Positions 53,827-63,895 of a DNA stretch of 64,000 nucleotides are shown here, in pieces. The notes under the pieces were generated by a model. That model ran no database searches. It had not been told where the DNA came from and was given only the letters and a program-made list of their open reading frames with translations. The DNA comes from a virus, in the IMG/VR virus record IMGVR_UViG_3300049927_000072, positions 1 through 64,000 of that record; one strand, 5' to 3'. Positions within the stretch are counted from its first letter, which is position 1, and every line of letters starts with the position of its first letter. A program made the position numbers and the translations under genes.

Positions 53827-55755
53827 ATGGCTGGCGCGTTAGATGACATTGTCCAAAAAGTAGTTATCGAAGGTACCGGCGAAGTCGGCGGCTTGCTCGG
53901 CGAGATGGCCGGTATTGCCGAAACGGCATTCGGCCGGATCAGTACCGCTGCGACTTTGCTCAACTCTGCCCTCTCTGGCCCTATCGGGATTATTCTGGCG
54001 GTTGTCGGCGCGGTCACCGCGCTCGCTGAAGCGACAACGAAATTCGCAGAGAGCCAAGCACGAGCGCAAGTTGCATTGAATGCAACAGCGAAAGTTTATG
54101 GCGCGACGCGCGACGAGATCGTCGGCTTGCGCGTGGCTCTTTCGCAATCCGGCCTGACGGGCGAAGAGATCAACCGCGGCTTGCAGCGTATGGCTCGCCA
54201 GATGGCGAACTCATGGAGCGAAGTCACGTCGGAAATCCGCAAAGGCCCGACCGCGATGGCGGAAGCGCGCAACGGTATCGAAAGCGCACAACTCGGCATC
54301 GCTACCGCGATGACGAATAATAAGTTTGCCGCGGCTGAATGGGCGAACAAATTAAAAGGTGACGCGCTTTCTGTTGCGGAAGCGTACAATAAAGTCAAAT
54401 TTGCCGCAGAGGACGCGGCCTCAACCTCAAACAATGATTTCCTGTCGGTACAGGGTGCGCAACTTGGTGCGAAAGAGGCCGAAATCAATTTCCGCAAGTC
54501 ACAAGGATACGGCGGCTACGAGCAAGACGAAGCTCAGCTAAAAGTCGATAAGGCTGCCAACGCATTTTATCAAGCGCAACAACGCGTGCAGGATGCGCAG
54601 ACGAAACAACTCAAGGATATGGCGAACGCTCCAATTGAGCGCCAACGCGCCGAGCTTGGCTTGTCGGAAGCGCAAAATAAACAAGCGAAAGATCAAGAGA
54701 GCGAAGGCCCGGCGATTGCAAAGGCGGCGGTTGATTTCCGCAGCGCAGTGAACGCATTCGAGCAAGCCGTCGAAAAGATGCACGACACCGAGCTAAAAGA
54801 TTTGCCGACTATCATAAACGCCATCAAGGATAAGAATGGCGATGCGCTGCGAGATATGAAGCCGACCGATATTGTTCATGCCATCGACGCCCAGACGCGG
54901 CAACAGGTGGAGCAACTCGGAAAGGTCGCTACGGATTTAGACCTTTTGAAAGGTCGCGGCGAGGCAGTTAAGAGCTTAGAGGGCACGATCAGCGAAGGTC
55001 AGATGCAAGGTGTGTTGCAAGCCGGTGGCCTGCCTGCGCGGGGCGGTCAAGCCGCACAGTGGGTGGACGCGATCAAGAACCTTGGCGAGCGGCTTCCGGA
55101 AGCGTTGAAGTTGTCACAGGGTGCGGGCGGCACAGACCAAAATCAGGCGAATGCAGAAAATACATTGAAGATGGTCGCAGCCACCGACGAAATGAAATCA
55201 ACGATGGCACGTCTGGCTGGAACTAGCGACATAGCGTCTGCCACTGCTCAAGCCACGCTCGAAGTGCAGCAAGGTATTTTGATTGGTGTCAGGGAAGCAC
55301 CCGCTAAGTTCGCAGAAGCATTGAAAGGTCTACAGACGCCCGTGCAAGGACTGTCGGACGCGGCGGCGGCCGGTGCAGGGCTTGCGGGCGGCGGTCAGAT
55401 TTTCGGCGCTGGCACTTCCACGAGCGACAGCATTCCCGCGCGCCTTTCGCACGGTGAATTTGTCGTCAAAGCAGCGGCGGTCAAGGCTTACGGCGCGGAC
55501 CTCTTTCACTCGCTCAACAGCATGGCGATCCGCGGCTTCGCGATGGGTGGCCTCGTGCCGGGGCCGGGCATGGCTCCGATCCGTTTCGCCGATGGCGGAG
55601 CGGTCAAAGCTCAGCATTCGGTCGTCAACCTCTCAATCGACGGCAACCGCTTCGAGGGTCTGAAGGCTCCGGCGGATGTCGCGCAGAAACTAACGTCCTA
55701 TGCGGTCAGTCGGCAAACTTCGCAGACCGGCCGTCGACCATCATGGGTGAGATAA
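53827..55755 (+). CDS. tape measure protein
   Basis: Ala/Gln-rich helical; G.GT.TSDSIPARLS.GEFVV motif. Confidence 0.88.
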   Translation: MAGALDDIVQKVVIEGTGEVGGLLGEMAGIAETAFGRISTAATLLNSALSGPIGIILAVVGAVTALAEATTKFAESQARAQVALNATAKVYGATRDEIVGLRVALSQSGLTGEEINRGLQRMARQMANSWSEVTSEIRKGPTAMAEARNGIESAQLGIATAMTNNKFAAAEWANKLKGDALSVAEAYNKVKFAAEDAASTSNNDFLSVQGAQLGAKEAEINFRKSQGYGGYEQDEAQLKVDKAANAFYQAQQRVQDAQTKQLKDMANAPIERQRAELGLSEAQNKQAKDQESEGPAIAKAAVDFRSAVNAFEQAVEKMHDTELKDLPTIINAIKDKNGDALRDMKPTDIVHAIDAQTRQQVEQLGKVATDLDLLKGRGEAVKSLEGTISEGQMQGVLQAGGLPARGGQAAQWVDAIKNLGERLPEALKLSQGAGGTDQNQANAENTLKMVAATDEMKSTMARLAGTSDIASATAQATLEVQQGILIGVREAPAKFAEALKGLQTPVQGLSDAAAAGAGLAGGGQIFGAGTSTSDSIPARLSHGEFVVKAAAVKAYGADLFHSLNSMAIRGFAMGGLVPGPGMAPIRFADGGAVKAQHSVVNLSIDGNRFEGLKAPADVAQKLTSYAVSRQTSQTGRRPSWVR

Positions 55756-55756
55756 C

Positions 55757-56209
55757 ATGCCATTCGAGAACTCACTTCCTTCGGGAGCAGACACGCTTCT
55801 TTCGATCTCCGGCCTCGGAGGTTTCCAATATCAGGCTCGCGGCCTGATCCAAACGCTGTCGCCGATCAAGCAATCATCGCAACTCGCACGCACAGTCAAT
55901 GCCTTGCTGATCGACATGAGTGCGCCGCAGTTTCAGAAATACTCGTCGAAGATTTCATGCACCGACGTGAATGCTCCGCCGCTCGATGGTGTGTGGCCGG
56001 GATTAGAAGTAACAGTGCATTGCGCAGCTTCGCTTTGCTATCCAATCGGAGGATCAGCCGGGCGCACCGAAGTGAGCGGATCAAGCTCTACCGAAGGTCA
56101 CATGACGTTCTATCGTCCGGTGCTCTTGATGCGCGTTGTGAACTTCGAGCAACACTTCGATGAGTGGAAGGCGGCGAATGGTTGGGATTTGGAATTAGAG
56201 GAAGTCTGA
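55757..56209 (+). CDS. distal tail protein-like
   Basis: RTVN..L.D.S...F.KY.S.I, W.LELEE; follows TMP. Confidence 0.7.
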   Translation: MPFENSLPSGADTLLSISGLGGFQYQARGLIQTLSPIKQSSQLARTVNALLIDMSAPQFQKYSSKISCTDVNAPPLDGVWPGLEVTVHCAASLCYPIGGSAGRTEVSGSSSTEGHMTFYRPVLLMRVVNFEQHFDEWKAANGWDLELEEV

Positions 56210-56210
56210 C

Positions 56211-58829
56211 GTGGCAAGCCCGCAATTCCCATTTTATTTTGCGTGGGTCAACTCCACGGAAACAACGTTCGGTCCCGAACATGAGATCGTGGACGAGAAC
56301 GTGATTTCGTTTGACCTCAAGCACGACGAGGGACAGTACCCGACGTGTGAGATCACTGTCAAAAATCCGCGCGTCGGCTTACTCGCCCCCGGACGAAAAG
56401 TTTGGGCGTGGCTTTCATGGCAAGGGCCGTCAAGTGTCGTGCCGCTTTTCTTCGGCGTGCTTGTCGGCATTCCGCAGAACATTTTCGCCGAAAGCGTTAC
56501 TCTGAAATTTATCGCGCAACCGGAGAACTACATCGAGCAGCGGCAAGCAATCGCCGAGACGATGAAAGTTCGGCCGTTCTATGATCCGGTATTTACTGAC
56601 GAGCGGCATCGCGATGATCCGGACACAGTTCTCGAAGGCTGGTCATCGCTGTGGCATGTGGACCGCACGACACTCGTGACCACTGCGAGTGACATCCTTG
56701 TCGGCGAAGACGGCACAATCGATTTCCCGAGCGATATTGTCCTATACGACAGCTTGCAGATGCAACTCTCGCAACCGCCGCTCAGCATGGTCGAGGTCAA
56801 GGCCCGCGTGAATTGGACGCAGCGCCAGAGCGGCTACGTCGATATGGGTCAGTATAATTTTGTCTCCTACACTGGCGAGACGATCATGTCGGACTGGCCG
56901 AAGCCCGGCCACGGGCTTGGCAGCGGCTGGCGCGTTGAGAGTAGCTTCGTGGTGGATGTGTATGCGGTTGCGCAAACGCCGACAGCGCAGTCACACGGCG
57001 ACTGGCACAATAGCAGCGAGAACAAACTGCAATGCACTCCTGATAGTTCGAACTTCTCCGCCTCTTGGCCAGCGCTTCTATCTCCGAACAGCATTCAAGC
57101 GACGCTCACGAGCCAATGGCAGACCGGAATTTGCGATCCGTTCTCTGATCCGCAAACCAATCGGCCCGCGTCCGTCCACGACACGGGCGTTATCATTCCG
57201 CTGTGGTACATCTCGGCGAATATGTTGCTGCGCTACGATGCGAAGCGTCAGCGCACGGAAGAGCTTTATTTCGTCGTCACCACGGATCAGCAAGCGGTGT
57301 TGACATCTCCGACAATCGAGCAGCGCACGGAAGTGATCTCAATCCAAGGTGCGGATGTAGGTGAGCCGCTCTTCGACCCGCTCGCGTGGTCTGATTTCAC
57401 CGAAGAGGCTGTCGGCATCGGACAAGTTATTTTCCCGAACGATCCGACAACGGTCGGCGGTAAGAGTTATCAGATTTGCGTGGTTGCCGGAGTGGCTGGC
57501 TCAATCGAACCGGCATTTAGCGACATCGTCGGCGTTGTAACTATCGATGGCACTGTGCACTGGGCGAGCATGGGTGAAACACCACTCACGACGCAGCCCG
57601 ACTGGTCGCCCGCTTCACCCGTACCATTCGGCGAGGTTATCTGTTTCAAAGAAGTGGTGTTCAATCCGGCGACGGCAACGCTCGAAGATGTAGCAAATTC
57701 GACAAGTTATTATATCTGCACCGCGGCGGGCACGACGAACTCGACTTACACGACCATCAACTACGTGCCGCCGCCGTTCACGAGCAACGACGCTCCGCAG
57801 CCTGTGGCGCATTTCACCTATATCCCGCGTCCGGCATTTTCACCAAACGCGGGCACGCAGATTGTTGACGGCTCTGTCACGTGGACTGTGCTCGGTGCTG
57901 CCCCGGCGCTTCTTGGTATTCCAATCGGCGGCACGGCAGAGAATGTCCCGGCACGTGCATATTTCCCGACAGACCGCGGCCTGTGGAGCGTCGAACATCT
58001 TATTTGCAAAGCGCGGGCACTTCTGCGGCACCGCTCGCGCGCGGTTACGATCTCGTTCGAAGTACCATTCCCGGAAGCGATTGATCTCTCGTGTCGGCTT
58101 AGCGGAACCATCCATGATGACCGCCTGCCCGGTGGCGTCGCCACTGGCAAGATCATCGCCTACGATATGAAATGCAATGGTCAGACTGGCGAATACTGTG
58201 GACACATAACGATTGGTTGCGCGGTTGGCCGTGGCGGATCGGCCGCCGCGGTCGACGGTGCTGGCGTCTATGCTTCTCCGGGCTACACGCTGCCCGGCTA
58301 TCAAATCATGGAAGGCGAAATGCCGACGCTCGGTGACATCTCCTACTCGAAGCCGGTATTTGCGCCCGATGACGATGGCCTCTCGTTCCCGCTCACGAAA
58401 GGCCAGATCATAATTTCAGAGAACGTCAATGGCGACGCGAACAGCCAAGCTGAAGCGATCAATGCTGCGATCCCGGCCTCGCAAATGCTCGCGAGCGGCG
58501 CGAGCGATGATATGGGCTTTTCTCTCATACCTTCGGGTGGCACGGGCGGCAGTCGCAGCTTCGCAGGTGGCAGCGGCACGGCGGATTTCACCGGTTTAAC
58601 GACGCATGGCGGCATCGTCGGCGGCGGGCCGTCCGGCGCGTGGGCGCTTGAGCAGTCGCAACGATATTGGACGGCGTTCGCAATCCCTGCGGTCATGGAA
58701 GCGAATGCGGTGTGGTATGAACTCGTTCTCAAGCCGGTGCAGAACGGGCCGTTCTCTGCGGAGTATACGATCAACGTTTCCCCGCTCAGCATTCCGCAAG
58801 GGATTAACTTAGAGGCTCCGTCGCTATGA
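56211..58829 (+). CDS. tail tip/hub protein with inserted carbohydrate-binding-like repeats
   Basis: Position; two Y.C..AG...DG.V.W modules. Confidence 0.75.
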   Translation: MASPQFPFYFAWVNSTETTFGPEHEIVDENVISFDLKHDEGQYPTCEITVKNPRVGLLAPGRKVWAWLSWQGPSSVVPLFFGVLVGIPQNIFAESVTLKFIAQPENYIEQRQAIAETMKVRPFYDPVFTDERHRDDPDTVLEGWSSLWHVDRTTLVTTASDILVGEDGTIDFPSDIVLYDSLQMQLSQPPLSMVEVKARVNWTQRQSGYVDMGQYNFVSYTGETIMSDWPKPGHGLGSGWRVESSFVVDVYAVAQTPTAQSHGDWHNSSENKLQCTPDSSNFSASWPALLSPNSIQATLTSQWQTGICDPFSDPQTNRPASVHDTGVIIPLWYISANMLLRYDAKRQRTEELYFVVTTDQQAVLTSPTIEQRTEVISIQGADVGEPLFDPLAWSDFTEEAVGIGQVIFPNDPTTVGGKSYQICVVAGVAGSIEPAFSDIVGVVTIDGTVHWASMGETPLTTQPDWSPASPVPFGEVICFKEVVFNPATATLEDVANSTSYYICTAAGTTNSTYTTINYVPPPFTSNDAPQPVAHFTYIPRPAFSPNAGTQIVDGSVTWTVLGAAPALLGIPIGGTAENVPARAYFPTDRGLWSVEHLICKARALLRHRSRAVTISFEVPFPEAIDLSCRLSGTIHDDRLPGGVATGKIIAYDMKCNGQTGEYCGHITIGCAVGRGGSAAAVDGAGVYASPGYTLPGYQIMEGEMPTLGDISYSKPVFAPDDDGLSFPLTKGQIIISENVNGDANSQAEAINAAIPASQMLASGASDDMGFSLIPSGGTGGSRSFAGGSGTADFTGLTTHGGIVGGGPSGAWALEQSQRYWTAFAIPAVMEANAVWYELVLKPVQNGPFSAEYTINVSPLSIPQGINLEAPSL

Positions 58830-59050
58830 CAATCGAAACCATCGTACGGCCATTTATCGGCCAAGACACGACACCGGTTCGCACAGTAAGAGCCGGGCAA
58901 TCCTCAGTCGAGCCGGTGCTTGTAGTGGCGGGCCGCAAAGGCGGCGCGCGTACGTTCGCATGGTCCGGCTCAGCAAGCATGACTTCCTACCTCATTCGTA
59001 TTCACCGCGAACGCGGCAACGTCCGGTCTGCACTCAACGGCGGCGGCTAA
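58826..59050 (+). CDS. small tail tip protein
   Basis: ATGA-coupled. Confidence 0.65.
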   Translation: MTIETIVRPFIGQDTTPVRTVRAGQSSVEPVLVVAGRKGGARTFAWSGSASMTSYLIRIHRERGNVRSALNGGG

Positions 59051-60651
59051 TGTCAACACGCATCGTGCATCATGTTCGGATCACAAATCCGAACGACAAA
59101 GATATGTGGGTGGAGGTAAAAGTTCACGACACGATTATGTACAAGGGGCCGAACGGGCAAGATATGGTGCTCGACTTTCGGCAACGGAACGTCGTCGCCG
59201 ACATAGATGACCGTTCGGGCGACGGCAATGGTGTGCAGAACTCGAATGCCACACGTCTCTCAACCATCTATCGTATGACAAATCCAGACGACGATACATA
59301 TTATCTTGACGTGGAAGTTCTCGACGGCATTCGCTTCAAAGGGCCGAACGGGAAAGACGGCGTGCTGCACATGCCAAGTTCGATCTCCGGCATCAATGTG
59401 GATGATACGGATGGTACGGGCGCGACAGGTAACGGCGGCACAACGCAATTTGCGCACACGTTGAAAGTGGTCGACCCGCTCAGCACGACTGCAAAAGAAG
59501 ACGAGAGCGACGAGTTTATTGGTGTCACTATTACGGATGCGATCCGTTTCAAAGGCACCAACGCGCAAGAGAGCGTTCTCTATTTCCCGAACGTTGACGA
59601 GGAAGACACGACGGCGTGGGAGACCGACGACGACGGCAATCAAAAAGCACCGGAGAATACGGACGCTAATAAATATGTGACGTTTGCCGACAGCACTACA
59701 GACAACCCGGACGGAGGCCCGGAGGGACCATGGCTTAAGAATGGCTCCCAAGGGTTCGGAATTTCGCAAGGCATTCTCTGGCACATCACCAAAGCATCCG
59801 GCGGACATACGAAACCGTGGTGGGTCTGGGTGCCGACGCAGCAACCGATGCAAATCTCTGGCTATCTCTTCGCGGATCGGTTGATCGTGGATGGCTCGTG
59901 GATCGGCTATACAAACTTCGACCTCCGGAAGCAGCGAAATAAGCAACTTTCGCATTTCGAGGACTATGCCGTGCCGGACCCGCCGCATTGGCCTAGCCTC
60001 GGCGACATTCCGCTGCAAGGTTTCGACAGCCTCGACATCAATGCGCGTCAGTTTGTGGCTGGCACCACAAAGGGCGTCGATAACCCGCCGATAAAGGTCA
60101 ACTTTCTTTTATATCCGGACGAGCCACATTTTATTCTGTTCGGCGGACAAAACTGCGGCGTGTATCAGCCTAACATATTCCAGATCGTCGGACGCGCGGA
60201 CGAGCAACCATTTAAGAAAAATCCAGACGGCAGCGACTTCATTGATCCTGACACTGGCAAGAAAGTGCCAAAGATGCCGTCGAAGAAACTTGCGAAAGAC
60301 ATAGTGCAGGACTTCGTGGATCAATGGACGGAAAGCTCTGACCTGTACAACGAAGATGCGAGCACGGTCGATACGCTGGAATTTCTCGGCAACCCGATCC
60401 AGTACATGCCGTATCCGACTTGGGCGTTCAAAGACCCGCTGCTCGTGACGGTGCCAAATCCGTCGTCAGTGGCGCAGCGCTTCTGGTTTATCGGCGGCAT
60501 CCCCGCAGGCTTCTGGTTTTTCAATGGCGAGTTTGACGCTGCATTCGATACGTTCTCCGCGTACGCATCCTACATTGGTGCTGATCAGCTTGACGAAAAA
60601 GTCTGGGATACAAGCGGCGATGAGCCAGTCCTGCGACCACCGCCTGCGTAA
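59050..60651 (+). CDS. tail protein with three internal D.I.[YF]KG.N repeats
   Basis: TAATG-coupled; repeats seen directly. Confidence 0.7.
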   Translation: MSTRIVHHVRITNPNDKDMWVEVKVHDTIMYKGPNGQDMVLDFRQRNVVADIDDRSGDGNGVQNSNATRLSTIYRMTNPDDDTYYLDVEVLDGIRFKGPNGKDGVLHMPSSISGINVDDTDGTGATGNGGTTQFAHTLKVVDPLSTTAKEDESDEFIGVTITDAIRFKGTNAQESVLYFPNVDEEDTTAWETDDDGNQKAPENTDANKYVTFADSTTDNPDGGPEGPWLKNGSQGFGISQGILWHITKASGGHTKPWWVWVPTQQPMQISGYLFADRLIVDGSWIGYTNFDLRKQRNKQLSHFEDYAVPDPPHWPSLGDIPLQGFDSLDINARQFVAGTTKGVDNPPIKVNFLLYPDEPHFILFGGQNCGVYQPNIFQIVGRADEQPFKKNPDGSDFIDPDTGKKVPKMPSKKLAKDIVQDFVDQWTESSDLYNEDASTVDTLEFLGNPIQYMPYPTWAFKDPLLVTVPNPSSVAQRFWFIGGIPAGFWFFNGEFDAAFDTFSAYASYIGADQLDEKVWDTSGDEPVLRPPPA

Positions 60652-60700
60652 TAATTCACCCGTTGCGACTTCAAACTCTCTGACGTAAGGATCACGCACC

Positions 60701-61540
60701 ATGACAATCACATATCGCACAAACGACAACACCCGGTGGGGCAGCGGTCAGGGCACTGACCTTTCTGCGGCTCAGGTCGACATCAATTTCTGGGAACTGT
60801 TTAGCGCGATCAGTGCGCTACAGGACCATTCGAACAATGGTGCGTTTATCGACTTCTTCGCCGTGAGCGGTAACAATCTTTTCGTGCACATGACCGATCA
60901 CTCGGTGCTCGGTCCCTACTCGCTTCCCGTTGCACAGTGGAATTTCCGGGGCCAATGGCAGCCGAGCACGGCTTACGCGATCATGGACACTTTCAATGGT
61001 CCGGATGGTGGTGTCTATCTTACTATTTTTGCACACACGAGCGACCTCACATTCTCCGCCGGAGCGAACGATGGCCTAGGGCACGACTTCTACGCCGCGC
61101 TGCTCAATCCGCCGATCAGTCTCATGCCCGCAGGCGGCACGATTGCGCAACGGCTCGCGAAGGTCGACAGCACGGATTACAACGCCGCGTGGGTCAACGA
61201 TCCTATAAAGATCGCGGTGTACGTCGAAGGACAGCCGACATCGGGCGAAAAGCTCATGGTGTACACGTCGGTCGATACTTTCATCCTGCCAGCGGGTCTG
61301 ACAACCTCGCGCGCGTCATGTCAGGCGTCCGGTGCAGGTGCGATCTCGTACAACCTCTTCAAGAATGGCTCTTCAATCGGTACCGTCAACTTCGCGGCTG
61401 CGGCCGTAGTGGCAACGTTCGCATTTTCGGCCGATGTGCAATTCGTGCCGGGTGATGTGCTCACGCTGACCGGCCCTGCTTCGCCAAGCGCGACGCAGAG
61501 CGGCATCGCGGTCACGATTGTCGGCCTAATCAACGGCTAA
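60701..61540 (+). CDS. tail fibre anchor/adaptor protein
   Basis: G.G..L.A..VD.NF N-terminus, RG.W...T.Y module, C-terminal beta-sandwich. Confidence 0.75.
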   Translation: MTITYRTNDNTRWGSGQGTDLSAAQVDINFWELFSAISALQDHSNNGAFIDFFAVSGNNLFVHMTDHSVLGPYSLPVAQWNFRGQWQPSTAYAIMDTFNGPDGGVYLTIFAHTSDLTFSAGANDGLGHDFYAALLNPPISLMPAGGTIAQRLAKVDSTDYNAAWVNDPIKIAVYVEGQPTSGEKLMVYTSVDTFILPAGLTTSRASCQASGAGAISYNLFKNGSSIGTVNFAAAAVVATFAFSADVQFVPGDVLTLTGPASPSATQSGIAVTIVGLING

Positions 61541-61547
61541 ATGAGCC

Positions 61548-62621
61548 ATGAGCAATACCACATTTAATCCGAGCGATAAAAGTGCCAACATCGTACTGAG
61601 TAACGGTAACCACACGTATACTCAGTCTTCGTCGGGCGAGCAGGGCGTCCGGACCGTGCTCGGCGTGAACACCGGCAAGTTTTACACCGAGACGAACTGG
61701 GATAATACGCCGTCGGGCACCGATACTGGCGCTGGATTTTGTACAGCGGGTGCGACCCTCACGAGCTTAGGGTCTACAGTTACCAATGCGTGCATCGCCT
61801 TTAAGAGCGGCTCGATATGGGTCAACGGGAGCAGCCCCGGCAACGTCGGCGGAGCTTTCGCAATCAATGATAAAATATGCTGCGCGATAGACCTAGTTAA
61901 CTCGAAAGTCTGGTTCAGAAAGAACGGTGGCAATTGGAATAACAGCGGCACCGCAGACCCGGCGACTAATACCGGCGGCTTCTCAATCTCTGGCTTCCAG
62001 ACGAACAATTCGACCGTGATGCACGGCTGTGGTTGCGTCAACGTAAGCGCCGACACGCTCACGTCAAACTTTGGTGACACGTCATTCTCATTCACAGTGC
62101 CGTCGGGCTTTCAACCGGGCCTGCCGGGCACAGTTACTGAGACCTCTACAATCGACATGATCTTCTCGACCATGGCGCAAGCGGTCACCGTCACCGTGCA
62201 CTTTGGTACGCTGGCTGTCACGGAAGGGACCGATACGTTCGCAGGAACCGGCGACGCATTCCCGGGCTTGGTCGCAGGCTTCGACGGCCTCGAAACGAGC
62301 GATATATTCGACGGCGCAGGCTATGCAGACATTGTCGGACCGATGGTCACGACAGAAGCGGGCGATGTCTTCCACGGAATTTTGGTATCTCCGAAGAATG
62401 TCACGTTCGCTATCACAGAAACGAAAGATATTTTTAGTGGAATTGGTTTTGTCGTCGGTATAAGTGGACTGTTCGCTACGACAGAACCTGTTGACAGAAT
62501 GACTGCGACAGGATTTATCAAGCCGAAAGGTCCGCTTGTGGCGACCGAATTGGCCGATAGGTTCTCGGCTCGTGCGCCGGGTGTGGTCACGATCATACGA
62601 CGCCTGATCTCAGTGAACTGA
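61548..62621 (+). CDS. SPRY/B30.2-like receptor-binding domain plus E..D.F repeats (fibre scaffold)
   Basis: T.NPSDK...I.LSNGN, GKFY.E, CAIDL...KVWFRKNG, NFG...F....P.GF. Confidence 0.8.
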   Translation: MSNTTFNPSDKSANIVLSNGNHTYTQSSSGEQGVRTVLGVNTGKFYTETNWDNTPSGTDTGAGFCTAGATLTSLGSTVTNACIAFKSGSIWVNGSSPGNVGGAFAINDKICCAIDLVNSKVWFRKNGGNWNNSGTADPATNTGGFSISGFQTNNSTVMHGCGCVNVSADTLTSNFGDTSFSFTVPSGFQPGLPGTVTETSTIDMIFSTMAQAVTVTVHFGTLAVTEGTDTFAGTGDAFPGLVAGFDGLETSDIFDGAGYADIVGPMVTTEAGDVFHGILVSPKNVTFAITETKDIFSGIGFVVGISGLFATTEPVDRMTATGFIKPKGPLVATELADRFSARAPGVVTIIRRLISVN

Positions 62622-62649
62622 CGCAAGTTGAAACCGAAGGGGGACTACC

Positions 62650-63024
62650 ATGTCTATCGTATACAATACGACGTTGAAAAATACGCGCCTCACCGATGTG
62701 GTGACCGCGATTGATACTGGCGGCGCTGGTGCTCTTAAGATCGGCACGACTGCCATGGGCACCGTGCTATCGACCATCACGCTGGCAAACCCTGTCGGCT
62801 CTGTCTCCGGTGGCGTGCTCACATTCTCTGGCACTCCGTTGAGCGATAGCTCTGCGGCGAACTCCGGTACGGCGGCTGCGGCTGCCATTTACTCCGGCGG
62901 ATCGACACTGATTATCTCGTCGCTCACCGTGAACACAAGCGGCGCGGATATCAATCTGTCGTCCGTTGCTGTAGTCGCTGGCGAACCGGTCACGTTGACC
63001 TCTGCATCCATCACACACGGCTAG
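62650..63024 (+). CDS. putative fibre subunit (paralog of 46453)
   Basis: GGAG.LKI, SD..AA..GTA, TSGADI.L. Confidence 0.75.
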   Translation: MSIVYNTTLKNTRLTDVVTAIDTGGAGALKIGTTAMGTVLSTITLANPVGSVSGGVLTFSGTPLSDSSAANSGTAAAAAIYSGGSTLIISSLTVNTSGADINLSSVAVVAGEPVTLTSASITHG

Positions 63025-63028
63025 TGCC

Positions 63029-63895
63029 GTGATGTTGAAAGTCCCCGCCGTCACGCTCGTCATAGCCGAGACGCGAGCTTATGAGCTTGCCGCGCGCGCG
63101 ATCAACGATCTCGTGAGCCGCGTGCAATTCGGCGACATCCTGATTTATTCTGACGATTGCTGGCGCATCGACGTGCCGGGTGCACGTTACATTCATGTCA
63201 AGGATTGGGGTGACAAGATTGCTTCCGGCCGCTTTTACTATACTGAGGCGGCGACGAAGATCAAAACCTCACACGCGCTGCTCATGGAATGGGATGCTGG
63301 CCTCAACGATCCGAGCGCGTGGGATGACGAGTTTCTCAGCTATGATTGCGTCGGAGCACCGTGGCGCGGCGAACATCCAAATCTGACAGGCGGGCGCAAC
63401 GTTGGCAATGGCGGTTTCATGCTTCTGTCGAAACGCCTAATCGATTTCCTCTACCAAAAACGCGATAAATACCTGATCGCGACCGACGTGCATCTCTGTT
63501 GCGAGCATCGCCGCCAAATCGAGGCCGAAGGGGCCTTCCTATGGGCGAGAGCCGATGTTGCCGAGAGATTTTCTTATGAAGGCTGGCATTGGGTGGAGAA
63601 CAAAATCACGCTTAAAGAACGTCCGCGCAGTTTTGGCTTTCATGGTGTCTTTAACTGGCCTTACATGCTCTCAAGAGCAGAATTGCTCACGCGCCGTGAC
63701 ATGCTCGTTGCTAACGAGTTTACGCGGCGGACCAAGCTTGATTTGCTCTTGAAATACGCGCCGGAGCTTCGCGCCACTTTACCGGCGATGCAACGTCCAC
63801 TCAATCCAATTGACAAGGCGCGGCAAGCTCGTGCTCGCCAGCGCACGGATGCAATGCGCGTATACCGCGGCGGCAACAGAGGATTGAAAGCATGA
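63029..63895 (+). CDS. DUF5672-like glycosyltransferase-fold protein
   Basis: H.L...WD, W.DEFL.YD..GAPW, VGNGGF.L.S, FS.E, FGFHG. Confidence 0.8.
   Translation: MMLKVPAVTLVIAETRAYELAARAINDLVSRVQFGDILIYSDDCWRIDVPGARYIHVKDWGDKIASGRFYYTEAATKIKTSHALLMEWDAGLNDPSAWDDEFLSYDCVGAPWRGEHPNLTGGRNVGNGGFMLLSKRLIDFLYQKRDKYLIATDVHLCCEHRRQIEAEGAFLWARADVAERFSYEGWHWVENKITLKERPRSFGFHGVFNWPYMLSRAELLTRRDMLVANEFTRRTKLDLLLKYAPELRATLPAMQRPLNPIDKARQARARQRTDAMRVYRGGNRGLKA

Noticed and set aside
61548-62621. Diversity-generating retroelement or invertase switching between the two fibre cassettes
   Set aside because: No reverse transcriptase or invertase; the shared 60 bp is in direct orientation and its differences are not adenine-specific.
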